Shown piece by piece: positions 7,414 to 17,066 of a stretch of 46,778 nt of DNA. Both the position numbers and the translations under genes were made by a program. How positions within the stretch are numbered: position 1 is the stretch's first letter; the number at the start of each line of letters is the position of its first letter. Below the pieces are notes generated by a model. The model was not told where the DNA came from. It did not search any database and saw nothing but the letters and a program-made list of their open reading frames with translations. This stretch comes from Chitinophagaceae bacterium. GTDB taxonomy: Bacteria; Bacteroidota; Bacteroidia; Chitinophagales; Chitinophagaceae. The DNA lies in NCBI GenBank assembly GCA_044238505.1, contig JBIIDB010000001.1, forward strand, positions 1 to 46,778, written 5' to 3'.

Positions 7414-9663
7414 ATGGAAACGGTCGCGCACATACCCGCTTATAACTTAAGCCAGGAGGAGGAAAAAAAACTCATTCTGCGCGAGTACCGATCCTTACTC
7501 AAGATCCTGAAATCGCGCATCAAGCCCGGTGATAAATTGCTGTTACGGGCAGCTTTCGAATTAGCAGCCGACGCACACAAGACCATGCGTCGAAAGAGTG
7601 GTGAACCTTACATTCTCCATCCGATCGCCGTGGCCAAGATTTGTGTGGAAGAGATCGGGCTTGGCGTACGTTCCTCGATTTGCGCACTGCTCCACGACAC
7701 GGTAGAGGATACGGATATCACCCTCGATGATATCAGAAGGGATTTTGGCGAAGAGATTACGCGTATTGTGGACGGACTCACCAAGATCGCTAATGTGGTT
7801 GACGTGAATGCTTCGCAGCAGGCCGAAAATTTCAAGCGCATCTTGCTGACGCTTACCGATGATCCCCGGGTTATTTTGATCAAGCTCTCCGATCGGTTGC
7901 ATAACATGCGGACGCTCGACTGCATGAAGCGAGAAAAGCAGCTTAAGATCGCCTCCGAGACTATTTTTATTTATGCCCCGTTGGCACATCGTATGGGGCT
8001 CTACACCATCAAGACCGAGCTTGAAGATCTGGCCATGAAGTACATGGAGCCGGATACTTACCGCGAGATCGCACGAAAATTGGCCGAGACTCGTAAGGAA
8101 AGAACCAAATTCATCAATGAGTTTATTAAACCCATTCGGGACAAGATAGAGCAGGCGGGTCTAAAGGCCGACATTCACGGCCGGCCCAAGAGTATTCACT
8201 CTATTTGGAACAAGATGAAGAAGAAGGGTGTAGAATTCGAGGAGGTCTATGATCTGTTTGCCATCCGGGTGATCCTCGATTCGGTTCCTGAGAAAGAAAA
8301 GGAGGATTGCTGGAAGGTTTATTCCATGATCACAGACGAATACAGTCCCTCTCCGGAGCGACTTCGTGATTGGTTGAGTAATCCTAAGGCCAATGGATAC
8401 GAGGCGTTGCATACTACAGTGATGGGCGCACAGGGCCGGTGGGTAGAAGTGCAGATCCGTTCGCAACGTATGAATGAGATTGCCGAAAAAGGATTGGCGG
8501 CACACTGGAAGTACAAAGAAGATGCGCAAGATGAGAGTCGTTTTGATAAATGGTTTCAGCAGATCCGAGAGGTCATTACCAACCAAGAGACCGACAGCAT
8601 CGATTTCTTACAAGATTTCAAGACGAGTTTTTTAGCCGAGGAGATCTATGTGTATACGCCTAAGGGCGATGTTAAGATGTTGCCAGTCGGCTCTACGGCG
8701 CTCGACTTTGCCTTTAGTGTACATAGCGCGATCGGTACAAAGACTATTGGTGCCAAAGTCAATCATAAACTGGTACCCATCAGCTATCGGCTTCATAGTG
8801 GCGATCAGGTAGAGATCATCACCAGTAATAAACAAAAGCCCTCCGATGACTGGCTGAGTTTTGTGGTTACTTCCAAAGCCAAGGGTCGTATTCGTGACGC
8901 TTTGCGCGAAGAAAAAAGAAAGGTGGCCGACGAAGGCAAATACATTGTGCAGCGAAAGTTAGAGGGTATGGGAGTGGCGGTCTCTACGCCTAACATTGAT
9001 GAATTGGTGCAGTGGTATAAACTCGGTAATCATCTCGACTTCTTTTACCAAGTAGCCGTTAAGGGGATCGATCTCAAAGACCTGAAGGAATTTAAAGTGT
9101 CGGGCGACCGCCTTGAAGCACCCCGCCCCTTCAAGCCGGCTCCCTTGCCTGATCGTCCGGAGATCATTCCCCACCATTTGATGCCCCGTAAAGATGCCGA
9201 ACTGATCATCTTTGGAGAACGAAGCGACAAGATTGTTTACAACCTGGCTAGTTGTTGTAAGCCGATTCCGGGCGATGATGTATTTGGTTTTGTGACCACC
9301 GGCAAAGGGCTTACGATCCACCGCACCAACTGTCCCAATGCCGCTAAGTTGCTGGCGCACTACGGGCATCGGGTTGTCAAGACCAAATGGGCTAAGAACA
9401 AAGAGATTTCTTTTTTGACCGGTATCAAGATCGTGGGTATCGACGATGTGGGTATGGTCAGTAAGATCACGAACCTCATCTCCGGGGAGCTCAAGATCAA
9501 TATTGCAGCCATTACCATCGAGGCCAAAGAGGGCATCTTTATGGGAAATATCCGGTTGTATGTAAATGACAAAGAAGAGCTGGAAGCCCTGGTTGCCGCC
9601 TTACACCAGGTGTCGGGCGTAGAGTCGGTAGAGCGCTACGATATGGAGGATATTCCGGCCTGA
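7414..9663 (+). CDS. spoT: Bifunctional (p)ppGpp synthetase/hydrolase (long RSH)
   Basis: RRKSGEPYILHP, LLHDTVED (HD), KLSDRLHNMRTL, GRPKS, YEALHTTV, EVQIRS, TGS, CCKPIPGD, ACT tail. Confidence 0.95.
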   Translation: METVAHIPAYNLSQEEEKKLILREYRSLLKILKSRIKPGDKLLLRAAFELAADAHKTMRRKSGEPYILHPIAVAKICVEEIGLGVRSSICALLHDTVEDTDITLDDIRRDFGEEITRIVDGLTKIANVVDVNASQQAENFKRILLTLTDDPRVILIKLSDRLHNMRTLDCMKREKQLKIASETIFIYAPLAHRMGLYTIKTELEDLAMKYMEPDTYREIARKLAETRKERTKFINEFIKPIRDKIEQAGLKADIHGRPKSIHSIWNKMKKKGVEFEEVYDLFAIRVILDSVPEKEKEDCWKVYSMITDEYSPSPERLRDWLSNPKANGYEALHTTVMGAQGRWVEVQIRSQRMNEIAEKGLAAHWKYKEDAQDESRFDKWFQQIREVITNQETDSIDFLQDFKTSFLAEEIYVYTPKGDVKMLPVGSTALDFAFSVHSAIGTKTIGAKVNHKLVPISYRLHSGDQVEIITSNKQKPSDDWLSFVVTSKAKGRIRDALREEKRKVADEGKYIVQRKLEGMGVAVSTPNIDELVQWYKLGNHLDFFYQVAVKGIDLKDLKEFKVSGDRLEAPRPFKPAPLPDRPEIIPHHLMPRKDAELIIFGERSDKIVYNLASCCKPIPGDDVFGFVTTGKGLTIHRTNCPNAAKLLAHYGHRVVKTKWAKNKEISFLTGIKIVGIDDVGMVSKITNLISGELKINIAAITIEAKEGIFMGNIRLYVNDKEELEALVAALHQVSGVESVERYDMEDIPA

Positions 9664-9686
9664 ATTTCTTATCTTTCCTCATCATT

Positions 9687-12600
9687 ATGGCAAAAAATAG
9701 CAGTAGAAGAATTGTCATACTAACGCTGTTGCTGGGGCTTTCCTCGCTGCGCCTGTTCGCGCAGCTTTGCATCCCGACCGGCATCCAGAACACAAGTGTT
9801 AATATGCCATGCAATCAGCTTTGTACTAATTTGGTTTTTCAGGTTCCGCATATCAAATCGACCTCGTCTTATGTGTTGCGCTCGATACCTTTCGGTCCCC
9901 TTCCTTTTTTAAGTGCTACGGGCACCCAAGACGTAACGCTGTATTGTGACGATGTATTTGGCCTAAAATTTGCGCTGCCTTTTCCGTTTCGATTTTATGA
10001 TTCGTTGTTCAGTAAGGTGGTCGTTGGATCGAATGGCCTGCTCACCTTCGATACGACTAATTCGAGTATGTACAACACATACGTAATCACGAATGCAATC
10101 CCGTCAGCCTCTTATGCCCGAGCAGCTATCATGATCGCCTATTCTGATCTGGATCCTCGTCCTCGCGATCCCCTCATTACGTGCCCTGATGCCACTGCCA
10201 GTCTGCCAGACCGCAGGATCGAGTGGAGGGTTGAGGGGACATCCCCTTGCAGGAGGTTTGTGGTAAGCTATTATAACATCGGCACCTTCGGAAGACCGAA
10301 CACCAGCGCCATGAACAATCTTCAAATTATTTTATACGAATCCACGGGGATCATTGATTTTCATCTGGCCAATCGAACTACCAACTCCAGCACCAACGCT
10401 GGTCGTGCCATCTTGGGTATTCAAGACTGGTTGCGTAGCCGGTCTGTCTCGCATCCAACGCGAAATGCCACCATTTGGAACCCGGGTGCGATAAACGAAG
10501 GATGGCGGTTTATTCCGAACGGGTCTACCTCTTATTATCAATCTTCTCAATTGTTGGATATGACAGGGGCCGTGGTGGCCACTGCTGATACCGCTACTAC
10601 CACATCCGGCTTGTTAGATCTGCGGTTTACGAATTTCTGTCCGGCTGCCGGAGCCAATCAATATGTGGTCAAAACGATTTTTAACAGCAATGATGCCACC
10701 GGCACACAATTAATTTCGCTCGATACTTTTTCCGTTACGCGTAACAATAGTTTGAATGCAACTACCACCAGCAATAATCCCAGTTGTGGAAACGCCAATG
10801 GCACGTTAACGGCTTCAGTGCCTGCAGGAGTGGGTGTGCCGCCCTACACGTATTCCATTATCGGAGGGCCCACGGCCACCGTTTCTTCTACTACCTATAC
10901 CTTTTCTAATCTTGCAGCCGGAACCTATAGTTTGGTGATAGCCGATGCATCGGGCGGCTGTGTGAGCACCCTTAGTTCAACCTTGGTTTCGGTGGGTACG
11001 CTACAAGCCTCCTTGTCGTCGGCCCCTACGGCTTGTACAGGCGTCAATAACGGAACCATTACCATCAGCACGGCGGCCGGAGCCGGACCGCATCGTTTTC
11101 AGCTTGATGCCAATGCGCCTGTGACCGGTACGCTCCCTCACACGTTTACCAATGTTACGGCCGGTAATCATACCGTCATTGTCACCGATCAGTCCACCAA
11201 TTGTAGTTCGGGCGCTCTTACTGTGAATGTGGCACAGGGTGCTGGTGTAAATGCTACCGCAGCGCCAACGGCTACGTCTTGTCCTACCGTAAATAATGGT
11301 AGCGCCACCATAACAGTGAATACCGGAACGGCTCCTTTTCGCTATGCCATCGACGGAGGCACTCCCACTGCGCCTACAACTGCTGCCACCTATACCTTTA
11401 ACGGACTTTCGTCGGGAAATCATTCGGTGGTGGTAACCGATGTACTGGGATGCTCCAGAACACTTAACGTGTTTGTTGCGGCCGGCCCTACGTTACTGGC
11501 GGGTGCGGCCCCCACTGCTACTACTTGTGAGGGTGCGGTAAATGGAAATCTTGTGGTTACGCCCTTTAGCGGTACGGCACCTTTTACCTTCTCTTTAGAC
11601 GGAGGAAGTTTTATAACGGGTGTCGCACCTTATACGTTCAATAATGTTGCTGCGGGTTCACATACTATCATCGTGCGTGATGCGTTGGGCTGCCAGAGTA
11701 ATTCGGTTCCTGTAACCGTAGCGGCCGGTCCTCCACTGGTCACCACGGCTACTTCCACACCGGCTCTTTGCAATGCAGGTAATACAGGTGCCATCACGGT
11801 GGCTCCTCCCACCATCGGGCTGGCGCCTTATGAATACTCACTCGACGGAATCAGCTGGCAGACCACAAACCAGTTCGGCGGGCTTACAGCCGGCACTTAT
11901 ACGGTCCGATTCAGAGAATCCAATGGCTGTCAGGGCAGCACTTCGCTCGATATTTCTGAGCCCACCGCTATAACACTGTCGGCCACCACGGTACCGGTAG
12001 TTTGTAGTGGACAGTCTAACGGACAACTGACGGCTGCAGCCGCGGGAGGTGTGGCACCCTATCAATTTAGTGTGGACGGTGGTACCAGCTGGCAAACAGC
12101 TACCGAGTTTTCGCTGGCGGCAGGCAGCTACACCCTTACCGCCAGAGATGCCAATAACTGTATCCGTACACTCCCCATTGTGCTGACTGAGCCTCCTGTG
12201 CTGGGTGGCTCGCTGACCACCACCAATGCTACTTGCAATGGCGGCAACGACGGCACTCTTACGTTGACGCCCTCCGGGGGTAACGGCACGTACAGTTACT
12301 CACTCGATGGAGGCATCAACTGGCAAACAACGAATAATTTTAGTGTAGCCCCCGGCACGTATACCGTCACGATCAAAGATCAACTCAATTGCATCTATCA
12401 ATTACCCGCTGTGGTAGGTCTTACCAACGATCTTACCGTAACACCACAAACAGATGTAACCATTTGTGAGAGCAAGTCTACGCAATTGCAGGTCGTATCG
12501 AATGCGCTTCAATACGATTGGACGCCGGCCTCTGGGTTGTCGTCTGTTAACATAGCCAATCCGGTAGCCTCTCCCCGGGTTACCACCCAGTATATCGTGG

Positions 12601-13424
12601 CGCTGACACTGGGTCGTTGCGTTTCGCGCGATACGGTACTGGTTACTGTCAACCCCGCGCCCATACCTAACGCAGGCCCCGATATTTTTATTTGCTACGG
12701 ACAATCCGCCACGCTCAACGGCAGTGGAGGTACGGTATATCGTTGGTCACCTCCTACCTACCTGAACAATACGGCGCTCCCCAATGCCATTTCTACACCT
12801 GACCGAAATATTTATTACGTACTGTCTGTACTCTCCGATGCCAATGGATGTGCTGCGCTGGTTACCGATACTGTGATGATCGATGTGACGCCGCCAATTC
12901 GAGTCACCCCCTATCCGGCCGATACAATCGGGTATCCCGGCGATCAGTTTCAGTTGCTCGTGGTTCCCAACGATCCGGAGGTTACCACCTATGTATGGAC
13001 ACCCTCGGTGGGCTTAAGTAATGCAGGTGTGGCCAGCCCCACTGTTACGATCGGATCTGTCGGTTCAGATGTTCGCTACAAAGTGGTCGCTTCTACGGTG
13101 GCCGGTTGTAAAGGGGAGGCGTATATAAACGTCAGAGTATATAAAGGCCCCGATATATATGTACCCACAGGCTTTACACCGAATGGCGATGGTAAGAACG
13201 ATAAGTTTACGCCCTTTCCGGTAGGGATGAAGAGTTACAATTACTTCCGGATCTTTAACCGATGGGGTCAATTGGTCTTTCAGACCCGTCAACTTAATGA
13301 CGGGTGGGATGGTACTATTGGGGGGCAGTTACAGCCTGAGGGCATCTATGTGTGGATGATAGAAGGACTAACCAAAGACGACCGGGTGATCTCGAAAAAA
13401 GGAACAATAATGCTGATCAAATAG
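9687..13424 (+). CDS. Large T9SS cargo with type-B CTD; NIDO-like head, 7 SprB-like repeats
   Basis: Signal peptide; C-terminal VPTGFTPNGDGKNDKF...IFNRWG...GWDG...YVW...KGTIMLIK; paralogous to 4216..6429. Confidence 0.9.
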   Translation: MAKNSSRRIVILTLLLGLSSLRLFAQLCIPTGIQNTSVNMPCNQLCTNLVFQVPHIKSTSSYVLRSIPFGPLPFLSATGTQDVTLYCDDVFGLKFALPFPFRFYDSLFSKVVVGSNGLLTFDTTNSSMYNTYVITNAIPSASYARAAIMIAYSDLDPRPRDPLITCPDATASLPDRRIEWRVEGTSPCRRFVVSYYNIGTFGRPNTSAMNNLQIILYESTGIIDFHLANRTTNSSTNAGRAILGIQDWLRSRSVSHPTRNATIWNPGAINEGWRFIPNGSTSYYQSSQLLDMTGAVVATADTATTTSGLLDLRFTNFCPAAGANQYVVKTIFNSNDATGTQLISLDTFSVTRNNSLNATTTSNNPSCGNANGTLTASVPAGVGVPPYTYSIIGGPTATVSSTTYTFSNLAAGTYSLVIADASGGCVSTLSSTLVSVGTLQASLSSAPTACTGVNNGTITISTAAGAGPHRFQLDANAPVTGTLPHTFTNVTAGNHTVIVTDQSTNCSSGALTVNVAQGAGVNATAAPTATSCPTVNNGSATITVNTGTAPFRYAIDGGTPTAPTTAATYTFNGLSSGNHSVVVTDVLGCSRTLNVFVAAGPTLLAGAAPTATTCEGAVNGNLVVTPFSGTAPFTFSLDGGSFITGVAPYTFNNVAAGSHTIIVRDALGCQSNSVPVTVAAGPPLVTTATSTPALCNAGNTGAITVAPPTIGLAPYEYSLDGISWQTTNQFGGLTAGTYTVRFRESNGCQGSTSLDISEPTAITLSATTVPVVCSGQSNGQLTAAAAGGVAPYQFSVDGGTSWQTATEFSLAAGSYTLTARDANNCIRTLPIVLTEPPVLGGSLTTTNATCNGGNDGTLTLTPSGGNGTYSYSLDGGINWQTTNNFSVAPGTYTVTIKDQLNCIYQLPAVVGLTNDLTVTPQTDVTICESKSTQLQVVSNALQYDWTPASGLSSVNIANPVASPRVTTQYIVALTLGRCVSRDTVLVTVNPAPIPNAGPDIFICYGQSATLNGSGGTVYRWSPPTYLNNTALPNAISTPDRNIYYVLSVLSDANGCAALVTDTVMIDVTPPIRVTPYPADTIGYPGDQFQLLVVPNDPEVTTYVWTPSVGLSNAGVASPTVTIGSVGSDVRYKVVASTVAGCKGEAYINVRVYKGPDIYVPTGFTPNGDGKNDKFTPFPVGMKSYNYFRIFNRWGQLVFQTRQLNDGWDGTIGGQLQPEGIYVWMIEGLTKDDRVISKKGTIMLIK
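10770..12395 (+). repeat. Seven degenerate SprB-like protein repeats of about 75-80 aa (approximate bounds)
   Basis: Each has C.G..NG.(I/L)T, P(Y/F).(Y/F)S.DGG and F..L.AG.(Y/H)T..V.D..GC. Confidence 0.75.
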
Positions 13425-13455
13425 GCCTATTTTTGCCCCGCTTATCAGAAAAGTT

Positions 13456-14721
13456 ATGGTGGATGTTATCTTAGGGCTCCAGTGGGGAGACGAAGGAAAA
13501 GGCAAGATTGTCGATTACTTTGCAAAGGACTATCAGGTAGTGGCTCGTTTCCAGGGAGGGCCCAACGCAGGCCACACCTTGTATGTGCAAGGTAAAAAGT
13601 TGGTGTTGCACCAGATCCCCTCCGGTATCTTTCACCCCGGTATCATCAATCTGATCGGCAACGGAGTCGTACTCGATCCTGTCACGTTAAAAAGAGAATG
13701 CGATAGTGTAACGCCATTCGGAGTAGACCTCAAAAAAAATCTTTTTATTGCCGATCGTACGCACCTGATCTTACCCACACACCGGGCCCTAGATAAAGCA
13801 GCTGAGCTGTCGAAGGGAAATCAAAAGATCGGATCTACCTTAAAAGGGATCGGACCTGCCTATATGGACAAGACAGGGCGCAACGGACTGCGTGTGGGCG
13901 ATCTGCTCGATAAAAGTTTTACGACCGAATACATCAAGCTGCGTTTAAAGCACCAGCGATTGCTCGACAGTTACGGATTTCAAGAAGATATCAGTGCCTG
14001 GGAAGAGGAGTTCTTTACGGCACTCGAATTTTTACGGACCCTTAACATCGTAAACGGAGAGTATTTTATCAATGCACAACTGCAAGCAGGCAAGCGTGTA
14101 TTGGCCGAGGGGGCGCAGGGTAGTATGCTCGATATAGATTTTGGCACCTTTCCTTTTGTAACGTCTTCTAATACCATCTCGGCCGGCGTTTGTAACGGGT
14201 TGGGTGTTGCCCCGCGTACCATCAATGAGGTGATCGGCGTTACGAAAGCCTATTGCACACGAGTGGGCGGAGGGCCTTTTCCCACTGAGTTGCACGATGC
14301 GACCGGCGAGGAGATCAGAAAGATCGGAAATGAATTCGGGGCTACTACGGGTCGTCCACGCCGATGCGGCTGGATCGATCTGGTCGCCTTGCGATACGCC
14401 TGCATGATCAACGGGGTCACTCAGCTGGTAATGACCAAGGCGGATGTGCTCGATTCGTTCAATACACTGTCGGTATGCACTGCCTACAAGGTAGGCGGTG
14501 TCGATACCTGCGAGATGCCCTATCAGCTTGATCGAAGTCAGCCGGCTGCTGTGTTGCAACAGTTTTCCGGATGGAACACGCCTACCGATCAGTGCAGGAC
14601 CTACGAGGCCCTTCCTGATGCGATGAAGCAGTACGTAAACTTCATCGATGGGTACCTGGGTGTGAACGTACGCTATATTTCGAACGGACCCGGTCGCGAC
14701 CAGTTAGTCGTTGTGCCATAA
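13456..14721 (+). CDS. purA: Adenylosuccinate synthetase
   Basis: QWGDEGKGK, GGPNAGHT, EGAQG, GATTGRPRRCGW; TATTTTTG box at 13428-13435. Confidence 0.98.
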   Translation: MVDVILGLQWGDEGKGKIVDYFAKDYQVVARFQGGPNAGHTLYVQGKKLVLHQIPSGIFHPGIINLIGNGVVLDPVTLKRECDSVTPFGVDLKKNLFIADRTHLILPTHRALDKAAELSKGNQKIGSTLKGIGPAYMDKTGRNGLRVGDLLDKSFTTEYIKLRLKHQRLLDSYGFQEDISAWEEEFFTALEFLRTLNIVNGEYFINAQLQAGKRVLAEGAQGSMLDIDFGTFPFVTSSNTISAGVCNGLGVAPRTINEVIGVTKAYCTRVGGGPFPTELHDATGEEIRKIGNEFGATTGRPRRCGWIDLVALRYACMINGVTQLVMTKADVLDSFNTLSVCTAYKVGGVDTCEMPYQLDRSQPAAVLQQFSGWNTPTDQCRTYEALPDAMKQYVNFIDGYLGVNVRYISNGPGRDQLVVVP

Positions 14722-14812
14722 TATCCTCGAGATCTTGTATCAAAAAAATGTTTTTAAAATTTGGCGGTTTAAAAACTTCGCCGAAAATTTACATTACTAA
14801 TCCGGTTCAGCT

Positions 14813-15151
14813 ATGGCTACTAAACCTGAAAAGTCTGCTAAGAGTACCTCCAAGTCTGTAAAGGATTCCGCTCGTTCGGCCGAGAAAAAAGAATCTCCCA
14901 AGAACAAGAAAAAAGAGCAGGAAGAAGAAGAGGAAGATAACGAAGAGCTCAACGACGATTGGGAAAAGAACGAAGAAGGACAAGACGAAGAGTGGGATCC
15001 CGATTTCGATGAATTTGATATTCCTAAATCAAAGGGTAAAAAGTCTGTTGGTAAGAAGGGCGAAGAGGAGGACGATTTTAAATTTGAGGATGATGAATTC
15101 AAGGATCTTTTCGACGAGAAAGGGTTCGATGACGACGAAGAAGACTTTTGA
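14813..15151 (+). CDS. Small, likely disordered protein with Lys-rich N-terminus and acidic/aromatic C-terminus
   Basis: ATG-started 112-aa ORF filling the purA-slt gap; purine-rich codons typical of a sense strand; no family recognised. Confidence 0.8.
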   Translation: MATKPEKSAKSTSKSVKDSARSAEKKESPKNKKKEQEEEEEDNEELNDDWEKNEEGQDEEWDPDFDEFDIPKSKGKKSVGKKGEEEDDFKFEDDEFKDLFDEKGFDDDEEDF

Positions 15152-15201
15152 CCTTTATTACCAGCGGGCATTTCACCTTTCTGGTAGCTTTCCATCACAC
15201 T

Positions 15202-16275
15202 TTACCGGCGTACATCACGCAACAATAATTGCAGGCTCTCTGCCGCGATCATCGACTTTTTCTCTGTAAAGGCCTGCATACATTCCGGTGAAAGTCTAAG
15301 CAGGTAGTTCCCCTTTATAGATAGTTGCTCATCAAAGTCAGGGTTATAGCGTATAAAATCCGCTCGATTTGTTTCGGTATACTTTAAGATCGCTTCTTGT
15401 TTGTAGCGTCCCGAAATAAGAAGGGTGGTTGTTTGTTTCTGTTCCTCTTCGGTAAGCGGGCCTCCGCCCAGGGAACCTTTTTTTTCCCTTTCTTGTCTGG
15501 TTAGTGTGGTTTCGCTGCCGTCCTCTTCGAATACGTAATGAGTAGCGATGAATTTTTTTACATGATTCATTGATTCGGCCGGTAGTTGATACTGAAGTTT
15601 CCAAAAATCAGTGTGACCACTGCGTTGAATCGCCTGGCGAATGCGCCCCTCTCCACCATTGTACGCGGCTATCACCAATAACCAATCCTGAAATTCGCCG
15701 TATAGATCTCGCAGGTAGCCGGCAGCGGCATGGGTACTTTTGATATAGTCGGTGCGCTGGTCGAGCGAGCGGGTAACTGTAAGACCGTACCGTCTGGCCG
15801 TGGCCGGCATAAATTGCCAGGGCCCCACGGCACCTGCCCACGAAACGGCATTCGACTTAAGTCCCGATTCGATCACGGCCAGGTATTTTAGTTGAGGGGG
15901 AAGTCCATATTGACGCAGTACCCGGTCCATCAGATCGAAATAAGGCCGACCCCAATCCCGCATCTTGCGTAAGCCGGTGCCATAGCGGTCCATGTAGCTT
16001 TGCACAAAGCTGATGGCCATCGGATGTAAGCGTGTTACTGCCTTGTCGGCCTTTGGGGTGCTTTCAAAAAGTTGTGTAAAGCCGCGGGGGGCGGCAGGAG
16101 GGGCGACCGTGGTAGCGGAAGAAGGTATGGATTGTGCCCGCCCGGAAGGCGCGCCAGCGGTCCATCCAAAAAAAAGAAACCACAGCGGTAACAGCAGCTG
16201 GCTGTTGCTGGAAAAGGTCCGGGAGACCCGCTTACTCCTTAGCAGAGCGGTTGATATCACTGGCGCTTTCTTCAA
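15202..16275 (-). CDS. Lytic transglycosylase (MltD/SLT family); start uncertain
   Basis: LAVIES (catalytic Glu), [22 protein letters not shown]. Confidence 0.9.
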   Translation of the reverse strand: MKKAPVISTALLRSKRVSRTFSSNSQLLLPLWFLFFGWTAGAPSGRAQSIPSSATTVAPPAAPRGFTQLFESTPKADKAVTRLHPMAISFVQSYMDRYGTGLRKMRDWGRPYFDLMDRVLRQYGLPPQLKYLAVIESGLKSNAVSWAGAVGPWQFMPATARRYGLTVTRSLDQRTDYIKSTHAAAGYLRDLYGEFQDWLLVIAAYNGGEGRIRQAIQRSGHTDFWKLQYQLPAESMNHVKKFIATHYVFEEDGSETTLTRQEREKKGSLGGGPLTEEEQKQTTTLLISGRYKQEAILKYTETNRADFIRYNPDFDEQLSIKGNYLLRLSPECMQAFTEKKSMIAAESLQLLLRDVRR

Positions 16276-16441
16276 TCTCTCTTTTTACGTTGCTTTTAGC
16301 ATCGTTAAACTCGCGCACACCCTTTCCGAGCCCTCTCATCAGCTCGGGAATTTTTTTACCACCGAATAGCAGCAAAACAATCACGAGTATGATGATGATC
16401 TCGTTGGTGCCCAGCATTCCCAGCAGAATAGGATTTGTCAT
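16232..16441 (-). CDS. tatA: Twin-arginine translocase TatA/TatE
   Basis: TM helix followed by [22 protein letters not shown]. Confidence 0.95.
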   Translation of the reverse strand: MTNPILLGMLGTNEIIIILVIVLLLFGGKKIPELMRGLGKGVREFNDAKSNVKREIEESASDINRSAKE

Positions 16442-16489
16442 AACGTTCGATTGTTTGGTAAAGATACTAACTGCGCGGGTGTTGCAGGC

Positions 16490-16527
16490 AAAAAAAATCC
16501 CGCAGCACGGGTAAGTGACTGCGGGAT
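16490..16527 (-). terminator. Intrinsic terminator after rplS
   Basis: ATCCCGCAG...CTGCGGGAT stem plus T8. Confidence 0.85.
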
Positions 16528-16545
16528 ATAAAATAGAGGAATATC

Positions 16546-16917
16546 TTATGCTTGTGTGTCTTCGGCAACGGCCATACGCTTTTCACGAATACGGGCACTC
16601 TTACCGCTTCGGCTACGCTGGTAGAAGAGTTTGGCGCGGCGTACATGTCCGGTCTTGTTAAGTTCGATCGAATCGATGTTGGGAGAAAAGAAAGGGAACA
16701 CTCTTTCTACACCCACGCCATCAGAAATTTTTCTGACAGTAAAGCTGGCGGTATGACCCGTGCCTTGCTTTTTGATCACATCCCCTTTAAAGGATTGGAT
16801 CCTCTCTTTATTTCCTTCAATGATCTTGTAGTTTACCGTGATATTGTCGCCGGGTTTAAAGGCAGGAAACTGCTTTTTGGCGGTCAATTGTTCGTGTACG
16901 TAGGCAATTGCGTTCAT
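16546..16917 (-). CDS. rplS: 50S ribosomal protein bL19
   Basis: [33 protein letters not shown]; TACCTTTG box at 16940-16947. Confidence 0.98.
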   Translation of the reverse strand: MNAIAYVHEQLTAKKQFPAFKPGDNITVNYKIIEGNKERIQSFKGDVIKKQGTGHTASFTVRKISDGVGVERVFPFFSPNIDSIELNKTGHVRRAKLFYQRSRSGKSARIREKRMAVAEDTQA

Positions 16918-16998
16918 GATCCTTTAATTTATGGGGAGGCAAAGGTAGGGAAGTTTCACGGAATGCCCAAACCCGAAAGCGGTAAAAAACCATCTCTC

Positions 16999-17028
16999 AA
17001 AAAAAAGCCCGCTGTATTACAACGGGCT
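16999..17028 (-). terminator. Intrinsic terminator after rny
   Basis: AGCCCGTTGT-AAT-ACAGCGGGCT plus T tract. Confidence 0.85.
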
Positions 17029-17066
17029 GTAGGTCAATTAGTAACAGTAGTTAGCCAAGGGGGAGC

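Noticed and set aside
14797-15198. Ser/Phe-rich 133-aa minus-strand ORF
   Set aside because: Mirror of the GAA/GAC-rich acidic gene on the + strand
16168-16175. A8 tract as a phase-variation switch
   Set aside because: Short; similar runs are common here, and a slip would not bring an upstream ATG into frame
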